Assembly: GCA_937625935.1 (NCBI GenBank)
Contig: OW569353.1
Span: 62,001 to 126,000 of the forward strand
Origin: Tetramitus jugosus
Taxonomy: Eukaryota; Protista; Heterolobosea
Length of the DNA: 64,000 bases
Direction: 5' to 3'
Below are positions 12,601 to 23,500 of the stretch, one piece after another. Every line of letters begins with the position of its first letter. Within the stretch, counting starts at the first letter, position 1. Position numbers and translations under genes: made by a program. The notes under the pieces are model-generated. The model did not search any database. It saw nothing but the letters and a program-made list of their open reading frames with translations, and was not told the origin of the DNA.

Positions 12601-12824
12601 TAAAAGAGCTCTGGAGAAAAAAGATTGCTGTTTGGTGGAAATTGTGGCAGCTGAGGTAGTGTCGGATAATTTGTTTGTTGCAGTAACTGTGTGAACGAAA
12701 ATGGAGAAGCCCTCGTGTTGTTATTACTGTTGTTGGCCGCTGCCGTTGTTGTGACTTGGTCTTGGGACGCTCCATCAAAGGATGGAGACGATTCTGAAGA
12801 TGAGGGAGATAACTTCCTTTTCAT
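9615..12824 (-). CDS. Q/N/S-rich protein with a helical C-terminal domain, possibly a transcriptional regulator
   Basis: Long open frame of over 1000 aa. First ATG is at 12824 (MKRKLSP, NLS-like). The N-terminal half is poly-Q/N and the C-terminal half is hydrophobic and helical. Confidence 0.7.
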   Translation of the reverse strand: MKRKLSPSSSESSPSFDGASQDQVTTTAAANNSNNNTRASPFSFTQLLQQTNYPTLPQLPQFPPNSNLFSPELFYQQQQQPPQPLTFAYSPTTQQQTQTQQLQQQHPLFAYSQAFPATTVAIASPTRTTTSNVCSYNNDQQQQQPLFQQSQQQLQPQPVVFDSYATNMFIPPQQQQQQPSINYDLIFSAAQQQQELLPLLESSPSLHPQQQQHLPQSSYYSYNNNNLGTTNNNDSMKALLLMNNSKHINSGSSSSSRERSNSNHSNNNGATSPLQRQQPINNNNLVQVTQLPTVVVPSSTITTSSTTATIGRPLISSNNNNLILLDNHTTTTTTNNNERSSVNVTLPHPSQPIVPSYSQQLQNVQYRIQEQSQVQKQKEDLLNLKQQELLDLMREMHHHSQTSQQQQPLYASSSLSSPSMTQPSYPHHHHHLQQQLQQQVQSISVHTNNNNNNNNDGKRKGSVSTQQQQQQQKVNDSTMNTRMIVPSLMFNNRIQSLSDMMQFQLNLTQLSDFYHQYVSFGMPMLSKSVLRSIIFQLSCQSMDFPYFDGHNEDEDAALDRFVPQATPFYCPQYLLAASSSSSSTAQQQQPNIMIIPASLTSDASSSSSSSSNNSGSGKGSGSFSRMILFFAIMTFSLQRMGKRKLALEYFENAWLLLNRELEWMNTHLQQTRSSDMVDMACGCILLCYYSLAEIGDLGSFRVTFLMTQANMYFTMLKKARDLTSEERLKMGFVQRYMTQIMFLSEQVTLNSGEEDREVKDSDGSGNSDSGEERDRSNRLSTSSIATVSSTTSHHFYGSYGGVLNTSSLGDTSSSSDGSSDSLTDRARTATPTSSNESTGGISPSFACNMDQAYRSALKFYKRMSKKVDMMSTVQSQETIEFLDKAKIAMVQQLNYRVSEESLSFVRFLSNSFDLSFTAAKIQLLSERLQIDEALELAKELTGKIERFTNFYLCPLSVHYVSTVCKFLLSQLKAQCYFGDMDISKTESIASYLERNTEALKKLQDMYGIAFRFDRLLHDMTIALQDYRSIISNRRTDNEAQQFQYTYETSKRQKLGHDSNPSIQNVYRPQ

Positions 12825-13233
12825 TTGACGTATTGGTGGTGAAACAACTTTGTTTGTTTGTGTGTTGTGGTTCGTGCTGTTGTTCGTTTGTGTGGGGTGA
12901 TGTGGATTGTTGAGAGCCAACACCGTTGTTTGCCAAAGTGGATTGACAGGAGAACTTCTTCCCAGGCAAAATCAGAACAGGTTGCGTTATGAGGGGGTGA
13001 GTAGGGCGGAAAAGGAATGCGCAGTTGCCAGATTCAAGTAGTTTTTCCGCACGTTACTGAACTCGACCACGTTACAAGTCCAAGCATGGTGCGATAATCA
13101 CAGTCGTGGTTTTGGGCGTCAAGAGCTTTGTCTACTTTGAGACAAAGCAGAATCCCGTTGGCGGAATGAAAGCGTTGGGAACGATTCACCCAAGTTTGAT
13201 TTAATCGAATGCAAAGCTTGAATTTTCAAGTGA

Positions 13234-15285
13234 TCAGCAGGCAACTGCTTGTTTTTTAGTCTCGTTAGTCGATGCTTGTTCAGTTTGGGGCTCCAATTCA
13301 TCTATCTCTTCTTCCATTAGGGTGATCCAATTCATGATTCGTAGGCCATCGTCGCTTCGGCCGTCGGTTTGCATTTTGGTTGCTTTTTGTTCACATTCTT
13401 CGATTCTTGAATTGAGGGAACCAACATGGGTCTTCATATTTTTGTTCTTTTGATACTTTTTCAGTTTGAGTCGAATCAGCTTGAGTGACAGATTCAAGTG
13501 ATCTCTCACCTTAGTCTTTTCGGGAGACAGTGGCTGTGTTTCTTTCTTTAGTTCGTTGAGTTCATACTCTATGACCTTCACACTTTCAACCGGTATGTCT
13601 GAAGCTTGAGGGAAAGCAACATGTTGTTTTTGGGGCTGTGACTTCTCTTCATTGACAACCTGTTGAACAGGTGCAGGTTCCGATTCTTCTTTTGGAGAAG
13701 TTTCTACCGGTTGCTCTTTGGACGGAATAACATCAGGTGTCGGTTGTCTTTCCTCTTTCTTCTCCTGTGGCAGTTCCTCCGTATTTACAGTTTGAGTGAT
13801 GGGCTCTGGATTCGCTTGGGTACTGACTGGTGCAGCTGTTGTTGCTTCTGCCTTTGTCTCAAGCGATAGATTACTTAATTCTTCCAACAATTCTTCTTCA
13901 TCGAATTCTAGCTCGGATACTGCTCGAATCTGTTCCATTCCCATGCTCATCACCCGTTGGACATCAGAAAAGTCTGTCATCGATTGAGCCACTTCATCCA
14001 GTGTGGATTCTACATCCATATTCGTCAAATTTTCGTTCATTATGTTCAAACATTGCGAGCCTTCTCGCAATGTTTGCAACACTTCCTGATCAGTGTTTGA
14101 TTGCTCAATCTGAGACACCAATTGATGAATATTCAACAAATATTTCTCTCGCTTCTCAGCCACCTTCTCCAACAGCTTTTTCCGAGTAATGGCATACTTG
14201 GCTTGACTTCTTTGATTCTTCTTAATGAGATCAGTTGCCTCCATTGTCAATTCATGGACAGTGTCTCGCAACCGTTGTTGTTGCTTCTCCAACATGTTCA
14301 ATGTTTCCTTGAGTTGAATAATGCCTCTGTAAGATTCTTCAAATCGCTGGTTGCTAGCCATAATTTTCGCATCACTCGTTCGATCTGCCGGTGAATCATA
14401 CAATCTCAATCCTCTTCTATTATCTGACAGATGGATCACTGTTCCTGGTCCCTCGCGTGTAATATAATTCAAAATGAGATGAATGTTCGATGTAGACAGT
14501 TTGAATCTCTCTGAAAAATAAAGTTCCTTGAGCTCAGAAGGGCACAACATCAAATCCAAATAGCTCGTCTTGTTCCGATACACCTTATTCACCAGTCCAT
14601 CCACCAACGAGATCAACTGTTTCATCACAACAAACGATTTGTCATCTTCAATACTGAGAGATGATGAAACGGAGGAAGAAGCACTCATGGCAGTGCTCTG
14701 TGCACTGGAGAATGAGCCATTGGAAGCAGAGGACTGATTGGACTGAGAGGAGAACATCCATGACGCTGGCTTAATGAGTACATTCTTGATGAACCAACCA
14801 CCGATACCTTGTTCTTGACCATCGGTTGCATACAGTGATTTAAACTCTGACAACTCAATCAAATTTCCCATTTTTTGCATTTCATTCTAAAGTATACAAT
14901 CAACCAACAACACAAACACAATTTGTTAACAAATTCAATCAATCACAATAATAAAAAACCAAAATCAAAAACAAAATTTTTTGACATCACATACAATAAC
15001 AGTCATCCAACCAAGTGGAATCTCAGTGGATTGAAGCTTATTGGGATCTCTCGAAGTTCTTGTCATGTACATTCTCAGTTGCGACATTTTCACGACCATG
15101 ACATTCTTGTATTCACATGCTTCGTGCACCACTCGTTCCCACAAGTGAATTTTCGTGTCCCATTCATGCGGGTTCACTGAACGAGACGGTCTAAAGTTGG
15201 TCATGTAGAAAAACATGTTCTCATCACTGGACCACTCGGGTATCACAGTCTCAAGATGCCTGTCAAGATCATTGATCAACACCAT
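13234..15285 (-). CDS. CHMP7: CHMP7-like ESCRT-II/III hybrid protein; intron 14994-14887
   Basis: Exon 1 (FRPSRSVNPHEWDTKIHLWE...IPLGW) splices through GTATGT...TAG in phase 0 to a winged-helix region and a Snf7-like coiled coil (AKYAITRKKLLEK...LLNIHQLVSQIEQSNTDQEVLQTL...FDEEELLEEL). Confidence 0.85.
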
Positions 15286-15420
15286 CTTTTTTTCCTTTGT
15301 TGTTATTATGTTGTTATGTTGTTGTGATGTAGTTTTTTTGTTCGAAAATGCCAGAGGATCAAAAAAGGATAATAGTCCGGCCGAAATATTTGATTGTCAT
15401 TTTTTAATGAGCTGCTTTGC

Positions 15421-16203
15421 TTATTCTGTCGGCTTGACAGGTTTCTTGTTCATGTATTGCTTGAACTTTCTCTGTCCTTTGATAAACACTCCAGAGAGTG
15501 CTGCCTCACGCGGTACTTGTTTTCCCTTTGTGCTCTCAAAGCTAATTGGCAATCCCATATTTTTCATTGCGAGTTGCTCTGGTGTGAGCTTGGCATCTTC
15601 TATTCTCTTCTTCTCCAGTTCTAGCTCTCTAATACGATTTGCTTCAGCTTCCTCTTCTTGCTTCTTCTTTTCCTCCAAGAGCTTTTTTCTTTTGGCTTCT
15701 TCTTCCTCCAAATCTCTACCATACTTTTTACGTGATCGATCAATAGTGTCCTCTGGTTGGTGTGCTCTGCCTGATCTTCCCACAGTGGCTTGTGACCTAC
15801 TGTTTCTGTGATCATGAGACTCATCTCTGTGTGAATGAGCGCTTCCTCTGCTACGATACTGCCCGTCATTTTCTGGCCTCCTATTTCTCCGATCTCCGCT
15901 TCTTTCGTCATCCGCAGTAGTTCCTCTTCTGTAGTGTGACTGTCTGCTGTTGTGATCATCATTTCGACCACTACCACCACCACCACCACCACCATGATAG
16001 CCATCTCTTCTTGTCGTATGCCTGCTACTGCTTTCACTGTAATGATGATCACTGCCTTCATCTAAACGCCTTCTCTTTCGATCGTCGTGTCTCTCGCGTT
16101 GTTGTTGTTGTTCATTGTGTGAATCATGATGAAAATCTCTTCGTTTTCTATTGTTGTTGTTATCATTGCTGTGATCATATCGTCGATGATGAGAATCTGA
16201 CAT
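15421..16203 (-). CDS. SNRNP27: U4/U6.U5 tri-snRNP 27 kDa protein
   Basis: R/D/S-rich N-terminus and C-terminal MKNMGLPISFESTKGKQV...RKFKQYMNK motif. The likely start is the ATG at 16203. Confidence 0.85.
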   Translation of the reverse strand: MSDSHHRRYDHSNDNNNNRKRRDFHHDSHNEQQQQRERHDDRKRRRLDEGSDHHYSESSSRHTTRRDGYHGGGGGGGSGRNDDHNSRQSHYRRGTTADDERSGDRRNRRPENDGQYRSRGSAHSHRDESHDHRNSRSQATVGRSGRAHQPEDTIDRSRKKYGRDLEEEEAKRKKLLEEKKKQEEEAEANRIRELELEKKRIEDAKLTPEQLAMKNMGLPISFESTKGKQVPREAALSGVFIKGQRKFKQYMNKKPVKPTE

Positions 16204-16524
16204 TGTTTGTTGTTTTTTTTCTTTTGTTGAAGCTTGATCGTTTTGGTTTGGCTTCAACGAAGAGACTGGACTGCTGAGGTCAGCCAACAAGAAATTGAGA
16301 TTCAATCAAAGGATAAGAGTTTCTGTGTCAATATCTGATTTGGAACGCGAAATTAACTCCTTGATCCAAGGAATGCCACACGAAGCATTTACCGGATGCT
16401 GTAGAATGTCCAATTCAATTTATTCTCTGGTCTTCAGTAAATACATGTATCAAATTGTTCGGCTTCTTTACTGTAGTTGAAAGAGCGCAAGGAATCAACG
16501 GCTCCTTTTCTCAACGGCTTGCTT

Positions 16525-16782
16525 TCACTCTTGCGCTTTCTGGGATGTATCCGCTCTGGAGCGATTCTCTCCCTTGAAGTACACGTATCCTTTTGGGTCA
16601 ACTGTAGTGCTATGAGGGGCATCACTGGGTTTTGGTGACGGTTGACTGGGGTCTGGAGTTGGGTTTGGATACGGATGCGCTGTGGTGCTCTTGAGAGGGG
16701 GTTGAACAGTTGGAATAGGGGCCTCTCTGAACCGGCGCACATAGGAACCCAGTTGGGTCTTGATTCGATTGAGCAAACTCAT
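16525..16782 (-). CDS. Possible small proline-rich protein (85 aa) with a basic amphipathic N-terminus
   Basis: ATG-initiated ORF, MSLLNRIKTQLGSYVRRFREAP..., in an otherwise gene-free gap. No recognised domain. Confidence 0.3.
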   Translation of the reverse strand: MSLLNRIKTQLGSYVRRFREAPIPTVQPPLKSTTAHPYPNPTPDPSQPSPKPSDAPHSTTVDPKGYVYFKGENRSRADTSQKAQE

Positions 16783-17564
16783 GTCTTTTCGTTTTGCGAT
16801 TTCGGATCGGCAATAATGACTTTTTGGTTGGTGGTATTTTCACGCGGTTATTTTGAGTGAAATGACCTTTTCGACCACTGTGTGAAACAAGGATTGCGCC
16901 GCTTCAGGGTATGTCAAGAAGTATCCTGCAACGTTGGAAGGATCGTGGTGGCCCCTCTACACGCAAGACAATCACCAACGTTGGGCTTATTCAATAACAG
17001 CGAGGTGAATTACCCACCGTGTGATGCCTATTCATGAATGCTTGCTTGGATCGTTCTATCCGATTGCGCTCTAATGTTTCACATGAAAGCGGAAGCTGGA
17101 CAGCTAGATTCTTCGTTTTTCTTCTCCATGCAAATCTGTTGTTTCACACACCGATTGGACTTACCAAGAAACCTTTTTTTAGATTATAAATGGATATCGA
17201 AACCAAAAGGTGCATGATACTGATATCCAGTCGATTGAAGTTGATGCAAGACCCCTTACTTGTTCTTTTATGGTGGTGGTGCGTGGCGAATGCGGGTGAC
17301 CCTCTACTTCAAATTATCACAACACGACACTTGACGCATGCCAGCCATAATTCCGTTTAGACAATTAAATCTCCTTCATCCATTGCCTTTTCACACGGAT
17401 TGCTCGGATACCCACCCTTCCGCTGATGGTTGGGTGCCTCATATTTCAGCACGGTTCAACAATCCGTTCTCACTGCCTCTTTTGCTCTAAAAACACAACA
17501 AAGTTCCAATAAGCAGATTTCAGCCATAACATTATAAAGTCTTCCCACGCATTTATATTGAGCT

Positions 17565-20500
17565 ATGTCAACAACAAGTATTGCTCTCAAAGCTTGCTTG
17601 TTAGTGTTGTTGATCCTGAACACTCTCGTGTTAACTCAACAACAACAAGATGTTCAATGCTTTGGCATTGCTTCATCTTCTGCTGCAACAGTGTGCTCAG
17701 GACACGGATCCTGTTCTTTCACTGACGTTTGCTACTGTGAGCCATTCTATGGTGGATCTCAGTGTCAATTGTATCTGGGTAACGCACTAGGTGCTTCTTC
17801 CTCCAATCCTGGTAAATCCTGTTTCCATGTTCACAGAGCCAATTATACGTTGCCCTCTGGTGTCTACTGGATCAGTCCTAGCGGTGTGTCATCCTCTTCG
17901 TTCAGAGTGTATTGCGACATGAACGACAAGGATGAGTTTGGTAATGCTGGTTACACTGTGATTCAAAGAAGAGAACCATCGACTGCAAGTCAAAATTTTA
18001 ATCAAGATTGGGCGACTTATGCTGCGGGATTTGGCGCCATTGGTAAGTCTCACTGGCTCGGTAATGACAAGATTTCACTCTTGACCAAATCAGCATCTCA
18101 CATGCTGAGAATTCAAATGGTGTACAAGGGTGTGGGTTACAAGGCCAATTATCGTCAATTCTCTGTGGGCGACAGTGTCGCAAATTACAAGTTATCTGTT
18201 TCTGGCTACAGTTATGATGATCAATACTGGACATCTACTGGCTACATTGAAGGGGACTCTGCTGTTCCAGTTCTAGGTTCATGTGGTCAAAAGTTGGATG
18301 GTCTTGATCCAAGAGACAGTTTCTCTGTTCAGAACAATGCCCTGTTCAGTACCAATAATAGGGACAATGATTTGTATTCTTATCAACATATGGCAAATTA
18401 TTATGGTGCTGGTTGGTGGTGGAGCAGTGGAAATGTTTACTCCAATCTCAACGGAGTTTACAAGAATGGAACATACACTGGTGTTGCCAATGGTATTGTC
18501 TGGGTAGGCAGAGAGAACACTCTTTCTTACTCTATTCCAGAGGTTACCATGAAGGTCCGTTTGGCTTCATACACTTGCAAGAATAGAACTGTTTCATGCT
18601 CTGGTCATGGTATCTGTAATGAGTTGGATCAGTGCGTTTGTGATGCTGGATTCCTCGGATCCGACTGCTCAGATCATGTCGATAGAACTTGCAATGGAAT
18701 TTTGTCCACTAATGCAACTGTTTGTGCTGGTCACGGACAGTGCGTTGGTCATGACAAGTGCAACTGTGACTATGGGTATGGTGGATCGTTTTGTGCAACA
18801 AGATTGACGTTGGGTGCTACTGCTGATTTCCCTGGAAGACACTGCTTCCAAATTCACAGATCTAACAACGCACTCCCATCTGGAATTTATTGGATCAATC
18901 CAAAGAATGTTACTGGTGGTGCATTCCAAGTGTATTGTGACATGGATGACAAGGACTTGTTTGGCAATGCTGGATGGACTGTCATCCAAAGAAGAGAGCC
19001 ATCAACAGCTTGTTTCGATTTTAACCAACATTGGAATTCTTACAAGACCGGTTTTGGTAACTTAAACACGTCTCATTGGCTCGGTAACGAAAATATTTAT
19101 ACCATTACCAGTTCAGATTCGTTCGAGCTTAGGATTGACATGCAAAGACGTGGTGTTTCTTACAAGGCAAATTACAATGTTTTCTCTGTCGGTAGTCAAG
19201 CAACTTCGTATAGACTGACCACATCTGGTTATTCGTACGATACTGTCTACTGGGCAGGTAATGGCTACTACATCTCTACGAACCCATTGAATCTGGATAA
19301 ACAGATCCACCAACAGTTGGACAGATGCGGAACTGTGCGTGATGGTGTTGATCCAAAAGATGGTTTCTCTGCTCACACTAATGCCATGTTCAGTACATAC
19401 GACAAGGACAATGACGGCTATTCTTATCAGAATATGGCTAGTTACTATGGTGCAGGTTGGTGGTGGATGAGCAGCGGTAATGTTTTAGCCAACTTGAACG
19501 GTGTTTCCAAGAATGGAACATACTCTGGTGTTACAAATGGTATTGTCTGGAATTCTGACAATAGTTACTCGATGAATGACGTGGTGATGAAGATTAGACC
19601 ACGTTCATACAAATGTAAGAATTCTGCTGTCAGTTGTAGTGGTCATGGATCTTGTGATGGTTATGATACCTCTGTTCCTCCACAAAACACCACTACCTGG
19701 TCGGATACCTGTACTTGTGATGAAGGTTTCTTTGGTGCTGATTGTTCAGATAGAGTTGATCGTTCTTGCCATGGATACTCAGCTACTCACAAGTATGTTT
19801 GTTCCACAAGAGGTACTTGTGTTGCTCAAGACACTTGTAAATGTCGACTAGGAGCAGCAGGAAAGCGATGCGAGAAAGTGATCGAATTGGGAACAGATCC
19901 ATCTTTCCCTGGTTATGATTGCTTCCATATTCATCGAGCAAACCCTGCATTGGCTTCAGGTGTCTACTATGTAAATCCTTCCAACACTACTGATGGTGTA
20001 TTTAAAGTGTACTGTGACATGGACGACAAGGATCAAAATGGTTATGCTGGTTGGACAGTTATCCAAAGACGTGAACCAGATACCGCTTGCTTTGATTTTA
20101 ACCAGAACTGGATTAATTATAGAGACGGTTTTGGTTCATTACAATCATCTTTCTGGCTCGGTAATGAACAAATCTATAATTTGACCAACAAGGCCTCTCA
20201 TGAGCTCAGAATCGACTTGGAGTTCGGAAAGAAGCTTTACAAGGCCAACTATGCTCAATTTTCAGTTGATTCAGCAGCCACTAAATACCGTTTGAAGGTT
20301 AGTGGGTACAGTTACGACACTATGTATTGGACATCTGCTGGCTATACCATTTCAAGCAATCCTATGAAGTTGGATTCTATCTATCCAAAAATGGACCAGT
20401 GTGGTGTTAATTTGAACGGAATGGATCCAACAGATGGTTTTGCCGTTCAGAATGGAGCAATGTTCAGCACAAAGGACGCAGATAATGACGGCTATTCGTA

Positions 20501-23500
20501 TCAACACATGGCAAACTACTATGGCGCTGGTTGGTGGTGGATGAGCAGCGGTAACGTTGCATCCAATTTGAACGGAGTGTACAGAAACGGAACTTACAAA
20601 GTGGATAGCCTCTTGTGGCCAAGTTTCTCTACTTCATCAACATTCTCAGTAATGAAGATTAGACGTAATTCATACTCTTGTAAGAATAGAACAACTTCTT
20701 GCAGTGGCTATGGAGATTGTGATAGATATTCTACTCTCGTCACACCTGAGAAGATTTCTGTTTTCCAAGATATCTGCGTGTGTGATCTCGGTTTCTTTGG
20801 TGATGATTGTTCCGACAACTATCAAAGATCATGCAATGGAATTGAGGCCAAGGATCCAAATGTTTGCTCTGCCAAAGGCAAATGTGTGGCCCATGAAAGA
20901 TGCTTGTGTGATGTTGGATACGGTGGTAAAGCTTGCGAGAAGAAACTCAAACTCGGAACGGATCCTACTTTCCCTGGAGAGCATTGCTTCCATATTCATC
21001 GTTCTGACAGAACCCTTCCATCTGGAGTGTATTGGGTCAATCCAAACAATTCCACCGCTTTCCAAGTGTACTGTGACATGGATGATGTAGATCCTTCTGG
21101 TAATGCTGGATGGACTGTCATCCAAAGAAGAGAATCAGCTTCTTCTTGCTACAACTTCAATCAACCGTGGGTCGCCTATAGAAATGGATTTGGTTCGTTG
21201 TATACTTCTCACTGGCTCGGCAATAGACAAATCAATCTATTGACCACCACTACTGCTGGAATGGAGTTGAGAATTGATATGACTTATGGGTCAGATTCAT
21301 ACAAGGCTAACTATTACACTTTTGCGGTAAATAGTGAAGCTAATAGATATGGCCTCACCATTGGAGGTTTCAGTTATGATAGAGAGTACTGGGTTGGAAG
21401 CGGATACTTCGCAGCTACAAATCCAGTTAATTTGGACAAACAAATTCATCAACAACTAGACTCCTGTGGAGGTGTGATCGATGGATTGAGTCCTAATGAT
21501 GGTTTCGGAGCGCAAAATGGAGCTTCGTTCAGTACCAATGATAGAGACAATGATGGTTACTATTACCAACACATGGCAAACTACTATGGTGCTGGTTGGT
21601 GGTGGAGCAGCAGTGGAAATGTTTACTCAAATCTCAACGGCGCTTACAAGAATGGCACATATGCTGGAATCACCAATGGTATCATTTGGCCAGCATTGAA
21701 GAACACTGCTTCATATTCGATGCCATACACTGTGATGAAGATTCGACCTCGTTCATTCAACTGCAAGAACTCTACTTTCAGTTGCAGTGGACATGGTGAT
21801 TGTGATGCTTTAACCGACTGGATAAGTCCAAGCTACATGACCAAATGGAGAGACATGTGCATTTGTGATGAAGAAGCTGGATACTTTGGTCCTAACTGTG
21901 CCGATAGAAAGTACAGAACATGTGATGGTGTTGCCGCAAACAGCACTTGTGTTTGTAACGGGCATGGTGCATGCGTTGCTCAAGACACATGTAAGTGTGA
22001 AACAGGATATGGAGGCCTTTACTGCGAAGTTCGACTAGTATTAGGAGGAGACCGCACATTCCCTGGATTTGATTGTTTCCACATTCACAGGTCGAATCGA
22101 ACATTGTCATCTGGAGTCTATTGGATCAATCCAAAGAATGTTACTGGTGGTGCATTCCAAGTGTATTGTGACATGGATGACAAGGACTTGTTTGGCAATG
22201 CTGGATGGACTGTCATCCAAAGAAGAGAACCATCTACTTCATGTTACAACTTCAATCAGAATTGGGTGAATTATAGAGATGGATTTGGCGCCCTCAATTC
22301 ATCATTCTGGTTAGGTAATGAATACATTTATACTCTGTCAACCTCGGACCGCGCCAAGATGCAGTTACGTGTCGATATGGAGTACAAAGGAAGATTGTAC
22401 AACGCCAATTATGACACCTTCTCTTTGGGTAATGAGGCCAGCAAATACAAGTTAACAATCGGAGGTTACAGCTACGATCAACAGTATTGGACTGGTGATG
22501 GATATCATATTTCAACCAATCCATTATCGCTAGACTATGTTCATCCAGAGTTGAATGCTTGTGGTGCTCTTGTCGATGGTTTGAATCCCAAGGACTCTTT
22601 GTCATTATCAACCGGGGCATTATTCAGTACTAGAGATGCAGATAATGATGGATATTATTATCAACACATGGCAAACTACTATGGTGCTGGTTGGTGGTGG
22701 ATGAGTAGTGGCAATGTGAATGTAAATCTGAACGGTGCTTATCGCAATGGAACATATGCTGGCGTCTCGAATGGTATCTCATGGCAAGCACTTGAAGGAA
22801 CTTTGAACTATTCTCCAACGTATGTGTCCATGAAGGTTCGATCTAGATCATACACTTGCAAGAATAGAACTGTGTCTTGTTCCGGCAATGGAGATTGTGA
22901 TTACTACCTACAATCGTTAACTGGTAATTATGTTTCGTCGTGGAAAGACGTTTGCGTTTGCGATCCTGGTTTCATGGGAGACAATTGTGCTGATAATATC
23001 AATAGGATGTGTGGAGGTCTTCCATCAAGTAATCCAAACGTGTGTTCAGGAAATGGACAATGCATCGGTCAAGACATCTGCTCGTGTAATTTGGGATACG
23101 GTGGGGATGTTTGTGAGACCAAACTACAATTGGGAACAGAAAAGTCGTTCCCAGCTTCCCACTGTTTCCAAATTCACAGATCGAATCGCACACTCCCATC
23201 TGGAATTTATTGGATCAATCCAAAGAATGTTACTGGTGGTGCATTCCAAGTGTATTGTGACATGGATGACAAGGACTTGTTTGGCAATGCTGGATGGACT
23301 GTCATCCAAAGAAGAGAACCATCTACTTCATGTTACAACTTCAATCAGAATTGGGTGAATTATAGAGATGGATTTGGAGACTTGGATCTCTCTCACTGGT
23401 TGGGTAACGAAAAGGTGAATCAAATGACAACAACCTCTTCCATGAGCTTGCGAATCGATATGATTTATGACAAACAACTATACAAAGCAAACTATGCCGG

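Noticed and set aside
16800-17560. Long non-coding gap before the giant gene
   Set aside because: No RNA gene, repeat or ORF could be supported. It is treated as a regulatory region.
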